A DNA stretch of 63,703 nt, counting the filler, from Trichomonas gallinae (Eukaryota), in the NCBI GenBank assembly GCA_008369845.1. It is 6 parts of 6 records of this genome, joined end to end, with 100 filler letters (N's around TTAATTAATTAA, not from the genome) between each part and the next. Parts side by side here need not be neighbours in the genome. Positions count along the whole stretch, not along the records: positions 13,463 to 29,578 come from MRSU01001203.1; positions 29,679 to 52,473 come from MRSU01001204.1; 4 more parts are not named here. One strand, given 5' to 3'. This document shows positions 19,111 through 30,226 of the stretch, one piece after another. Every line of letters begins with the position of its first letter. Position 1 is the stretch's first letter. Made by a program: the position numbers and the translations under genes. The notes below the pieces were generated by a model. The model was not told the DNA's origin. It saw nothing but the letters and a program-made list of their open reading frames with translations, and searched no databases.

Positions 19111-20849
19111 TGATTATGATAAAAAATATCTTGGATATATGATCTTTAGGATCCATATATGAGTATTTTAGTAAACGCTGGTTGATATATTAAATAGTTG
19201 AATAATTTTTACAAAATTTGATTGATACTATTGATAATTTGATTATTAAAGATTAAGTAGTATATTAAAGCTTAAGTAGTATATTAATTTTCTTTTATTG
19301 TCAAGATTATCCATCATATTTTCGATCAACAAAATTTTCAGTATCAATATCTGACTATTGTTCTTTGACTTTAAAGTCTATACAATATGTATAGTAATTT
19401 TGTTTAGGAGGCAAGTTTATAGTTCATATTATAAATTTGAACATAAAATACTAAACGACATGACCAATTTATCACATCAAAAATATTAATAATAATTTGT
19501 ATACTTGTGGAATTCATAGTTAAAAACGCATTTAATTCCGATTTATTTTTCATTCATCAATAAAAAACGCGTAAATATATATTTATACAAGTACTATAAT
19601 TCCGTTATAAAAAGGCAATATATAAATGCCAATGCTTTTGTCATAAATATGATTGCTTTTTACATTCGGAATATTGAATTAGTAAACTGCTTGATTCCAG
19701 GTATTAATAGATTATATTGCTTGTTTTGGAATGTGTGCTTATGTTCTTTTGTTATAACATTGTATTTTGTTTTGTTTTTCTTTTCAAATGATAAAAAACG
19801 AGCATATTTTACAGTCCTCGTTGAGTGAAAACTATTATATATCGTATACAAACCTTATTATCCAAAATACTCCAATTAATTCATTTATGACAATTCAAAA
19901 CTGTAAATATTCAAATATTGGGGCTTATGATTATTGCAAATGTATTCCAATCTTGTTCCTGATGATGAAAAATTGTAAATAACAAGTAATTAACTTAATT
20001 CGGGAAAAATTAAAATATATAAAACACAAATATATTAATGATGCTAAATTTGGATCATGTAATTATAGAACATATCTTTTGCATATATGAAATGTAGTCA
20101 TGCCAGGCTCTAAAAAACTATTAGATTCGAATTATGGGAAGATTGGTCAATTTTTAGAGAGTTTCATGTTTCAAAATGATAAATTAGCTTAGTAATTCAT
20201 AGTATGATGCTACTTTGCAATTCTGCGCATTTATAATGCAGCACTTTATGAAATGTAAAATTCATTTTAACACTAAGAAAAATGCGAATAAATACAACAT
20301 CGTGGCTCGAATGTGCTTTATTTTTTAACGTTAATACGCATTTATTTCAATTCTGCCCTTTAAATAATTATGGCCTCCATCACATTGAAAATGAATACAA
20401 AAAGGCCCATATAAATTTTAGTCTCAAACCAAATAACTTTATTTATTATTCTTTGTCATAATGTTTTATAATGTCAAACTAGACCGTCCCTTAATTTTCG
20501 TAACCAACGGATTAATTTTTTAATTTATTGAAAGTTCAACTGCAATCATTATAATGGTGCATTATAATCAATTTGAATAATTGATAAGTTTGAAAGAATT
20601 TGTTGAATAATTATATCGGGACATGTATTTCGATGATATATGAAACCTTCCTATCGAAAAAAATATATACAGATAAACTTCAGAAAACTTTTTTATCAAT
20701 TATATTTTCCTCGATTCAATTTTTTATAGGATCATTCAATAGTTTTAGAATTTATGGATAGTAATAGATGCATTATTCCGTTGAAACTGAGAGATTTGAC
20801 ATTAAAAATTTCAATTCAATTAAATATTTTTCTTATGCAAGTCAAATAC

Positions 20850-21278
20850 ATGAATGAGATCATCACTGCTAGGAAAATTCGAAAGCATAAGAGCAAATCC
20901 GCGAAGAACGAGAAGGACTACAACGATATCCTTAAACGCGTAAAGAGCAATGGAATCAAGATTGATTTTGTATCTGAATACATCGACAGAATAATGGGAG
21001 AGCACGTGACTAGCGCCCAACTCCTCTCATTTGCACTATCCATTGCTGATAGATATGAAGTCAAAGTTGACCGTCTGGCAAAAAGGAATAGAAACGCATT
21101 GCTTTGTTGGATAGCAGAGAATTGGAATATAGTTCACCCTAACATAAGAGACATAAAATTAGAAAAGAGAGAGTCGGAAACCGAATATATTGAACAGATA
21201 TCATCTCCTGATATCAAGATAGAGACAAGTTACTTAGACCCATCAGATATACGGCAACTTTTAAACTATCACAACTAG
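20850..21278 (+). CDS. Small basic hypothetical protein with DRLAKRNRNALLCW motif
   Basis: Coding-like composition begins near the ATG at 20850 (MNEII); alternative ATGs at 20754 and 20835. Confidence 0.75.
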   Translation: MNEIITARKIRKHKSKSAKNEKDYNDILKRVKSNGIKIDFVSEYIDRIMGEHVTSAQLLSFALSIADRYEVKVDRLAKRNRNALLCWIAENWNIVHPNIRDIKLEKRESETEYIEQISSPDIKIETSYLDPSDIRQLLNYHN

Positions 21279-23060
21279 AAAAAAATGGTTATTATCCAGT
21301 GAAAATATCGAATTTCCAGGAAAAAATAACCACCATTGATTGTTAATCTCCGTAGTTATGTTCCTAAATTGTATTTTATTTCCTATGAAGTTTCTTCAAT
21401 TGTTTTTGAAATTTTATTTTTTATTTTTTCGTTGGTAATAATGGTTTGCCACAATACAAATCACATCTATGGCAGATGCATATCATGATTTATTCGTAAA
21501 TTAATAATATATCAACATTAGATATAAATTGGGAAAAATTATATCAAAATTTTGGGATTGACCTGTAAATCTAAAGGTATATATTATTGGAAATGTGGAC
21601 ATGGATTTTATCGATTGTCTCCCGGTGAACTTCATAAGAAAAATGGCGAAAAAATAAATAATATTTCTTTTTCATCGGATTGATGGTCTGTATTTATGAG
21701 ATTTAATTTGATATCCGGTAATAGTCTCCTATTATTAATCGGATTGGGTTAAAACTATAAAATTATTGAAATTTGGTTAATTGTGTTAAAAAATGATGAT
21801 AATCAATATTTGATCATAATTATATATAAGGAACATATTATGAAAACATGAGCCTATAAATTCTTGATTTTGAAAATATATTCTATAAAATTGTAAATAT
21901 ATTAATTAATGATAGAAAACTAGTATTTTTGTACCATATAGAGCGTGGATATTTATGTTCCTGCGCTCAGTTCACGAAAAACTGTTTCTATGAGAAAGAG
22001 AAAGATGAGAAGTTAACAAAAATTAAGAAACGAATTCTATTGACACACAATCGTTATAATTCGGCCATTTTATTACGGGCGCTATCACGAAGGGACCATG
22101 TATAAGTAATTGAAATGTCTTTATTCAATTTTGAATGTTGTTTCTTTTTGAAAAAAGATCTATAATTATTAGATATGTTTGAAAAGTGTTTTCCGATCAA
22201 ATCAATCAAAAGGAAGTTGAGGAATCCAAAATATACATTCAATTGGGCACAATTCTATTAAAGAACCTACTCTCATATTTATATATAATACATATTATAA
22301 AGTGAGTAACTATCAAGGAAATTTTTCGACCGAATTTTATGGTTTCGTTGAATCAGTTCACATCATGTATGGTCTTAACCCCATAGCAATGATGTGGGGT
22401 TAATTATTCAAGATAAAAACATGCAAAACAAATAATTATTCAATATTTTTGGGATTTTTGAATGAGTATTTCAATTTTTTAAAAATATTTCAAATATTCA
22501 GTTTACAAAATATATCCTATATAAGGCAAATATACTGATATTTACACTAAAATTCTCTCGAAAAATTGAAAAGAATATTTTGAATGTGTCTTTCAATTCT
22601 AATTTCAAATATGATAATCCAATAGCTAAAATAAACCTATGTTTATAACAAAATCTTTTGAATTTGAGAGATTATGCAGAAAAATTTTTGATGAAAACAG
22701 TCAACGGCTTATTTTAATATTTTACCCATGAAATAGACTATATATCATCTAAAACCCTGAGTTATTACATTTTTGATCCCCAATTTCAATCCCTTAATGA
22801 GGTTGGTGAAACAAAATTGAATTCAAATAAATAACTTTAATTTTTCTCATATACGTTGTCTATAGATATATAATATTCGCTTTATTTGAGTTTTTCTATG
22901 TTTAATTGAATCCGATTTTACAAACTTATAGTTTGGCAATAAATATGCTCATCGAATATTCTTTATATATGATCATAACTCTGTTCATCATATGAAAATA
23001 ACCAAAACTGTATATTTCAAAGAAAAAATATAATTTTTGATACAAAAATACAAACAAAAT

Positions 23061-25571
23061 TTACAAAGCTGCGACAGGAGATAAATTATCATCAGATGCA
23101 TATTTTGTCGCAGCCTCTTTCGAGCGAATATGCACCCTTGTGATTAAAACGACAACGCCAACCAACGTCAAAATTATGCAAACGGAGAATATTGATACTA
23201 TTGTGATTATAGCTGTCTTTGTCTTCAGGTTATTCTCTTTGCCATCTTCTTCAGCATCTGTTGGCTGTATATTGTTTGGTCGCTGTGTCTGTGATGGGAA
23301 TGAAATTGTTGGAGTTGCAGTAACAATCGTCGGAGCAAAACTTGGCTCATTCCACTTCTGGTAGTCAAGTCCTGATATTTTACTGCATGTTGATGACTCA
23401 TTGAACTTGAATGGAATATCATATTTGTTTGAGCCATTATCAACATAAAACGCGTGGACGAAAACTGAGCATGGATCAGGATTTAGAGAAATCGGCTGAA
23501 CAGTCAAAATTCCTCTGTAAAATGTAGCTGTCTCTGGGATGGAAAATGAGACATAGCCTGTGTTCTTTCCAATACTCTTCTCTATGACTGTTTTATTATC
23601 ATAGTCAATTATCGTTGTCAAAATATTATCATCGAGATGTGTTGACGATAAAGAATAAGGTCTAAATATATGAATATTTCTTTGAATAACCTCATATTGT
23701 GGGATTTCTATTGCAATTTCAGATACAGAAAATGGTCCACAACGTGTTGATATTATGTTATCTGGCGAGACAATGATATTAAATATATATGTGAAGTCCG
23801 ATTTTCCTGCGAGAATAAGTGGTGGCAAAATTTTATAATTTTCGATCATACGAGCGTGTTTGAATTGGATTACATCGTATGATTTTGCTCCAGCTTTATC
23901 TGGGTCTATTGTTGTGTAGAATAAAATGGCTGGCTTGTTGGATAAATTTCCTAAATTAGAAATGTGAAAAGTCAAGTTTTCACAAGGTTTTAAGACTGAT
24001 TTTTCTGTGTGATTCTCTATAGATAATTTGATTGTGTTGTTGCATGGTAACTGTGTATATTTGGTATATGATATTGGCTGTGGGAAAATGTCACCAATGA
24101 CTTCATCTGATGATAAATCTTCTAAAAGTTTCTTTGTTGCCAATGAAACTTTTTCAACACCAAAAAATCTTAATGTTGATGATTGGATTCTGCCTGTTGG
24201 GATGCAGCCAGCTGCACCAATAGTAACTGTCCAGTTTCCTGATGCTGGTTCACCTAAGAATTGACGAGCTGTGAATCCGAATTTTTTGACACCGGAAATT
24301 TTTTCGGTGAGAGTTACATCATTGATAATTGCTTTTGTTCCTGATGGAGAAGTGATCTCAATGACAAGGTCACCAATGCTTTCATGATCCGTAGAAAACG
24401 AAAAATGAATTGTTTCGATGAAATCAATTTTCGAATCAACATTATGGACTATTTTTAATGGAGCACATCTGCATGATGGAATTAAAGAGTTATGATATGA
24501 GTTTGTTGACTCGTATTGTATCTCTGTTGGAAGATCATCAATCTTTGAAGCAATTTCAAGAGCTTTGCCAACATTTAGTCTACCAAATCCATATATATTA
24601 GAATACATAACATTAGCAGCGTTTTTAACCCATGATGAATGATTTGCATCGTTAACTGTTGAAGAAAGAGCCAATACGAGTTGTAGATCTCTCCAAGAAA
24701 TGAACTTATTTGCTTGCAAAATGACTGCCAGGGCTCCTGTTGCAATTGCATTTGCAGCGGTCATCTTTTTTATTGGTGACTCCATGCAAACATGGTCTTT
24801 TGCTTCTGTATATAGTGGGTTGATTGTGATATTGTTGCCATAATTAACAGATGTGTCAGTTGATGGAACATTAAATAATAAATTCGAAGATCTCGGAGAA
24901 TAATAAGCTCTATCGCCTGTATTTGTTGTAGCTGCAACATTAATAGCGAATCTAAGCTGTGTAAGAAGTCTGTAGTTTGGATCTGATGCAAGTCCGAAAC
25001 ACTCTTGTGGAGTGAATACAGCTATCCATCCCAGGCCATTCCTGCCCCTAACGAATTTCGATGAGATAGTATTTTCGAATTTCTCGTTATAATTTTCAAC
25101 CTCAAATTTATTTCGTTTGCATTGTTCTGTTAGTGGGAAAGAGCTGATTTGCAACATATTTTTTCTGTCATTTCCGATGAATGGAGCCAAAATATCGTAA
25201 TATAATGAGATATTGTCAACGAATGTTGATCGACGAGCTATGCCGGCAGCGCACTGGGATTGAGGGTTGCCGATAATAACGTCTTTAATGTAGTCACTAA
25301 TCTTCGTATCTGGTATATAATCTGGTTTTTTAATATTATCTTCATCTTTAAAATGGTTTGGAGACGATTCATTTCCGTAAATCAATATGGATACACCTTC
25401 ACCATATAAACCACTATCGAATGCTGATGAAATATTGATATCTTCATTCGGAACACCTTGATTCTGGCCTTCATTCTTTAAATAGAACTGCTGTTTCGGA
25501 ATCATCACAGGGAAGATGGTCTTCGACTCGCCCGAGGCCAAAAACAAGCCAAACGCTAAATAAAACATCAT
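23061..25571 (-). CDS. Kexin/furin-like (S8B) subtilase with P-domain and C-terminal TM; catalytic residues apparently lost
   Basis: Signal peptide; NKFISWRDLQ (cf. NPxLTWRDxQ); YSNIYGFGRLN; P-domain GDLVIEITSPSGT and FLGEPASGNWTV; Thr/Pro stalk and TM. Confidence 0.85.
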   Translation of the reverse strand: MMFYLAFGLFLASGESKTIFPVMIPKQQFYLKNEGQNQGVPNEDINISSAFDSGLYGEGVSILIYGNESSPNHFKDEDNIKKPDYIPDTKISDYIKDVIIGNPQSQCAAGIARRSTFVDNISLYYDILAPFIGNDRKNMLQISSFPLTEQCKRNKFEVENYNEKFENTISSKFVRGRNGLGWIAVFTPQECFGLASDPNYRLLTQLRFAINVAATTNTGDRAYYSPRSSNLLFNVPSTDTSVNYGNNITINPLYTEAKDHVCMESPIKKMTAANAIATGALAVILQANKFISWRDLQLVLALSSTVNDANHSSWVKNAANVMYSNIYGFGRLNVGKALEIASKIDDLPTEIQYESTNSYHNSLIPSCRCAPLKIVHNVDSKIDFIETIHFSFSTDHESIGDLVIEITSPSGTKAIINDVTLTEKISGVKKFGFTARQFLGEPASGNWTVTIGAAGCIPTGRIQSSTLRFFGVEKVSLATKKLLEDLSSDEVIGDIFPQPISYTKYTQLPCNNTIKLSIENHTEKSVLKPCENLTFHISNLGNLSNKPAILFYTTIDPDKAGAKSYDVIQFKHARMIENYKILPPLILAGKSDFTYIFNIIVSPDNIISTRCGPFSVSEIAIEIPQYEVIQRNIHIFRPYSLSSTHLDDNILTTIIDYDNKTVIEKSIGKNTGYVSFSIPETATFYRGILTVQPISLNPDPCSVFVHAFYVDNGSNKYDIPFKFNESSTCSKISGLDYQKWNEPSFAPTIVTATPTISFPSQTQRPNNIQPTDAEEDGKENNLKTKTAIITIVSIFSVCIILTLVGVVVLITRVHIRSKEAATKYASDDNLSPVAAL

Positions 25572-25594
25572 TGATTTTTATAAATTTACACCTT

Positions 25595-25618
25595 ATCAAA
25601 AAATCTAGATTTTTTGAT
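25595..25618. promoter_or_regulatory. Perfect 24-bp palindrome 24 bp upstream of the subtilase start
   Basis: ATCAAAAAATCTAGATTTTTTGAT equals its own reverse complement; regulatory role inferred from position only. Confidence 0.4.
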
Positions 25619-27061
25619 GGCTTTTTAATCCAAACACTCAGAATTGAAGATTTTGAGAGTTACCATTCAATTACATTATAATACTTATACTATTTAGATC
25701 AAAAATTTAAATCATTTTAAAAATCTTTGAAAATTTTCTTGGTATAATTATTATCTATAGCAAATAATAGTCATAATATTAAAATTTGAGAAGAAATTTT
25801 TACTCAAATTTTTTTTCTTTATACAATCATTATCTATATTAATTGTTTGTTAATTTAATAAAACTTTAAACTCAAAAAAATTGAATCATTCAAAATTATT
25901 TTCGTCTAAAAGTTAGTTTATTGTGTATAATTTTGAATTGCTCAAAAGAATGCTTAATATTTCGCACAATTTTGCTAAAAAAATTTCGAGTTTTTTACAG
26001 GCGGAATTTTTTGTAAAAATGACTGATATGCAATATAGTCAATATTTTCATTTCTAAAACGATTATTTTTGAATTGATAATAATCGTTTGTCACTTTTTA
26101 TTTTTTGATCGAATTCATTCTTTACAAAATTTTTTTAAAAAAATAATATTAGAATGAAACATTAACGATATAATTCGATATCAAACAGCTAAGAGATATG
26201 TTTTCCTTTGACGAAAGGTTTTCTCGTGGTTATCAAATTTCAATTATGATCACAAACCAAGTATTATTACACTACTATATCTTATTTACACCAAATTATC
26301 AAAATCATTATGACTTTTTCACACAAAGAGTGAACTCTTCATAGGAAATCTTCAATTTTTATCCTTTTGAGAGATATTTACAGGTAAAATCTGTTTGTTG
26401 TACGATTTAATATGTGTGAATTTTGTAATTGAATGTGTTTGAATTTGCAGCGCAATCTTAACATTACTCATCAACGAAATAGTGAGATACACTGATGTTT
26501 TATATGTTTTCTTTTGCAGATGAATAAAATGTTGTATTAATCTGTGATGGGATTTGAAGTCAGATATTTAGGAGTTATTCCACTACATTACTCTCTTTGT
26601 ATAATGTGCCTATACTGCTCATTATCACAGAAATACATAGTAAAGCCAGTAAAATCTCATTCTAATCTTTGGATGAAAAAAATTGAAAAGAAGAAAATTT
26701 CACCTTAAATTCATATTTGATCAGCAACTCTTTAGTGTATGGTAATGAATTCTTTGTTTAATATAGCATGAATTAGTTTCTGCGTTTAATATACGATAAT
26801 CAAAACAATATCTTAATCAATTATCTAAAAATAAGCGTGTTTAATCTTTGATAATTCTTGCATATATTTGTTTTATGTTTCTATATATAATTCATGTGTG
26901 CTATGATAATATAATGTATATTACATAGATATTTTGTTATTTCAGTTAATATCACTAATCAAGAAGTTTTATAGTAATAAATCATCCATACTCTTGTGAA
27001 ATAAGAACTATATAATAACTAAAATGATAATATTTATAAAGAACAAAAAAAACTATAAAAA

Positions 27062-28981
27062 TTAGGCTTCAGCAATGACAGGAGCAGGTTCTTCAACATT
27101 CATTTGTGCTTTAAGCTGTTTCTTGGCAAGTCTCTCGTTTCTCTTCTTGTTCAACTTAACAATCAATGTAACGAAAACTGCAATAACAATAACGCCAACA
27201 AAACTGATGATGCTCACGCAGATGACCAATATAATCATTGGTGAGAGTTGAACCTTTGAGTTAGAAATGGTCAAACTCGTTTTTGTTGGTGTAATTTGAA
27301 GAGTTGTTTCTAAACTGAATGGATTCGAAGTAAATTTCATCTCACTCAGTGTAACAGATCTGCAGAACCTCTGTGGATCAACACATGTAACAGACAATTT
27401 ATCATAACTCCATTCTTTGTTGTATTTAAATGTGAATGTCTGTCCAATTGTTGTGTTATCGCATGTGAGGATGCGCTGTTTGTTATATTTGTCGGGAGAA
27501 ATTGCATTGATTTGGAAACTTTCTAATCCGTTGCAAGCATATTCGCCGCAAGTTGTCATACCTGGAATTACGGCTTCTCCATTCTTGCAAACTGTTTGTG
27601 GGAACTTGAATGGCATGTAGTCGTAAGGCCATTCGCTTCCGACTTCATCTGTGTTCAAAATATTGTAAAACTTCTTTCCTTCGCAATACGGCTGTATTTC
27701 TTCATCATCCGATGGACAATTATATAATGAAGCAGAAATTTCCGCATTTCCACCGAAGAATTTGAAATCGAAGCCGGAATTGAATTTATAGGTGGAATTG
27801 TAGATATATGCTTCAGGGAACACAATCTGTGCTGGTCCTGTAGCGAAGTCACTGATGTAATTTCCGTCAATTGACTCTTTGTTGCCCCAAACGATTGGCT
27901 GCAGCTTCGTCCAGTTGATTTCGTAGTTTCCTGAATCGATCAAGAAGGACATTGATACATCAGTAAGTCTGTTGAATGGTCCAGCAGTTGTTTGGATGTT
28001 GATTCCAACCATCATCTCTGACATGTAAACTCTGCTCTCTGGATGAGCCATTTCTGTGCCTGAGCCGCCGCCATCTTCGAGCTCGATGCCAGACCAGCAT
28101 TTCTGGCCGTCATCGCCGTAGAAATACTCTTGTCCGAAGTGTTTTACAGCGAATTTATGAGCTTGTGGCGTATTTAAGAATGTGAATGTTTTGCCTGACT
28201 TTGTGAAGCTGCATGTGATGTTCTCATGTGGCTCAATCGAGTTGTATGGATGATAATAGTCGTATAATGTTGGAGAAATTCCAAATGCATGGCACATTTC
28301 ATGGAGAATGACATAAAAATAGTTGTTGTTCCATGAATCGTAGTCTGATGGTGTCTGAGAGACCTTTGCTGGGTTAATAAAGAGAACTCCTTGAATCGGT
28401 CTATAAAATCTAGATTCTAACTGGCAGGAGCCAGCAGATGCGAGAATAGTGGAACCACTTCCATATGGTCGTAGAACTGCTGTGAAATGCATATCTACAT
28501 CTTCAATGTATTCTGATGTGTTGAGATCTGTGTAATATGCGAAATTTTCGAGATAGAATCCAGAATCTAGTCTCTGAACATACAACAATTCTTGAACGAA
28601 TTTCCTCACATTCTCAAGCGTTTCAATAATCGCATCAATTTTTGACTGAGAAAGTATATCATCGGATGTGCATGTGTATCTAGCATCCCATCTGACCTTC
28701 TGGCCAACCTCATCACATCTCATTGAATCATTAAGTGAGCCATTCAGATATCGATAGTCGATTTGGATCCTAATTGGCTCGAAAGGAGTTGTATCTTTAG
28801 GTCCACGACGTGTGTGGTTGCCCCAATGTGTGCTATTTGTATGTCTTGACTTGTGGCCGGGTGGTGGATCTACTGGAAATTTTACTCTTTTATGCTCAGC
28901 CTTCCCCTTCACTCTATGGAATCCACAGCCGAATCCACCGTGTTCATGGGCAATAGCAGCGCACAGAAGTAACACATACAT
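27062..28981 (-). CDS. GP63-like leishmanolysin (peptidase M8) surface metalloprotease
   Basis: Signal peptide; cysteine-switch-like CGFH; zinc motif VILHEMCHAFG; ELEDGGGSGTEMAH with the third His; Met-turn SEMMVG; C-terminal TM. Start MYVLLL at 28981. Confidence 0.93.
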   Translation of the reverse strand: MYVLLLCAAIAHEHGGFGCGFHRVKGKAEHKRVKFPVDPPPGHKSRHTNSTHWGNHTRRGPKDTTPFEPIRIQIDYRYLNGSLNDSMRCDEVGQKVRWDARYTCTSDDILSQSKIDAIIETLENVRKFVQELLYVQRLDSGFYLENFAYYTDLNTSEYIEDVDMHFTAVLRPYGSGSTILASAGSCQLESRFYRPIQGVLFINPAKVSQTPSDYDSWNNNYFYVILHEMCHAFGISPTLYDYYHPYNSIEPHENITCSFTKSGKTFTFLNTPQAHKFAVKHFGQEYFYGDDGQKCWSGIELEDGGGSGTEMAHPESRVYMSEMMVGINIQTTAGPFNRLTDVSMSFLIDSGNYEINWTKLQPIVWGNKESIDGNYISDFATGPAQIVFPEAYIYNSTYKFNSGFDFKFFGGNAEISASLYNCPSDDEEIQPYCEGKKFYNILNTDEVGSEWPYDYMPFKFPQTVCKNGEAVIPGMTTCGEYACNGLESFQINAISPDKYNKQRILTCDNTTIGQTFTFKYNKEWSYDKLSVTCVDPQRFCRSVTLSEMKFTSNPFSLETTLQITPTKTSLTISNSKVQLSPMIILVICVSIISFVGVIVIAVFVTLIVKLNKKRNERLAKKQLKAQMNVEEPAPVIAEA

Positions 28982-29413
28982 TATGAATGTAAAAATTTTC
29001 GTCTCAAAATATTGATTACATTGAATTTTTCTGCAAGGTTTAGAAAAGAAAACCATTACGTCACGGAAATATTATTATTTAGCGTATTCTCATATTATTT
29101 TCACCGCCGCTTTCGAAAAACAAAAAAATGCGACATTTGTATATACTGACTATTATCAATATAATGACAAAACAATAAAAATGTAACCTTGAAGCTCATT
29201 GAAAAGTTGCTTTGAAAAAATTTGTATATAAAGAAAGGCTACTATTGTATATAAAAATGGTGTATACCACGTGGCTAATGGAATTATACAGCGTTTATAA
29301 TTTTTTCATACAGGTAGGTGGTTCTGACGTAAACCATAGCATTCTGACCGAAACTAGTATAAATGAGTATATAGTCTTTACACTAGTAATTCGCATTCGC
29401 TAAAAAATCACTA

Positions 29414-29467
29414 AGAATTTATCGCAAAGCAACAGATAACTACACTGAAAATTTTGCGATAAATTCT
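29414..29467. repeat. 15-bp perfect inverted repeat with 24-nt spacer
   Basis: AGAATTTATCGCAAA (29414-29428) and TTTGCGATAAATTCT (29453-29467). Confidence 0.85.
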
Positions 29468-29508
29468 GTTGCTTACGTTCATATGGCAAACAAAAAAGGA
29501 AAAATTTA

Positions 29509-29578
29509 TGCCTACGACCGGAGTTGAACCGGCGACCTTGCGCTTACAAGGCGCACGCAATAACCACTATGCTACGCA
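29509..29578 (-). tRNA. tRNA-Thr(UGU); first ~3 nt lost in the gap
   Basis: Minus strand: TGCG-TAGCATAGTGGTTATTGC-G-TGCGC-CTTGTAA-GCGCA-AGGTC-GCCGG-TTCAACT-CCGGT-CGTAGGC-A. Anticodon TGT, A and B boxes, and a downstream T5 Pol III terminator. Confidence 0.95.
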
Positions 29579-29678
29579 NNNNNNNNNNNNNNNNNNNNNN
29601 NNNNNNNNNNNNNNNNNNNNNNTTAATTAATTAANNNNNNNNNNNNNNNNNNNNNNNNNNNNNNNNNNNNNNNNNNNN
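29579..29678. other. Artificial 100-bp contig linker
   Basis: N-run with central TTAATTAATTAA. Confidence 0.97.
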
Positions 29679-30106
29679 CAATGGACTACAGAATCCAGGT
29701 CAAGAACGACTGCATGTACAACACACCACCAACATTCGCCATCTACTTCGCTAACCACATCTTCAAGTGGATCGAAGAGAAGGGTGGACTCGCTGCTATG
29801 GACGAGTTCAACAAGGCTAAGGCTAAGAAGGTTTACGAGGCTATCGACAACAACAAGAACTTCGTCAACCGCATCAAGCCAGAGTGGCGCTCACGCATGA
29901 ACATGCCATTCTTCCGCCCAGACGGGTACGAGAACAAGGACCTCGAGGCAGACAAGAAGTTCATCGACTTCTGCACAAAGCGCAATCTTCTCACACTCAA
30001 GGGCCACGTCTCTGTCGGTGGATTCCGTGCTTCATGCTACAACGCATGCACAATGGAGGCAGTTGATGCCCTAGTCAAGGCTATGGCTGAGTGGCCAGGA
30101 TTCTAA
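29679..30106 (+). CDS. serC: Phosphoserine aminotransferase, C-terminal fragment, 5'-truncated by gap
   Basis: MYNTPPTFAIY, WIEEKGGL, RSRMNMPF and LKGHVSVGGFRASCYNA are PSAT hallmarks. Confidence 0.94.
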
Positions 30107-30226
30107 ATTTTGTCATATGACTAAAAAAAAATCGATTATAGTTGTTAAAAGAACCTATGCACTAACAATACATGACTAATGCAATAATAAAATAATTTTT
30201 TTGATTCCTAAAAACATTATTTTTGA

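Noticed and set aside
19649..19982. Short ORFs as a degraded member of the Cys/Asn-rich family
   Set aside because: Only vague compositional resemblance; not alignable by eye.
21440..22100. Coding-like patches (e.g. CKSKGIYYWKCGHGFYRLSPGE)
   Set aside because: Multiple stops and no identifiable family.
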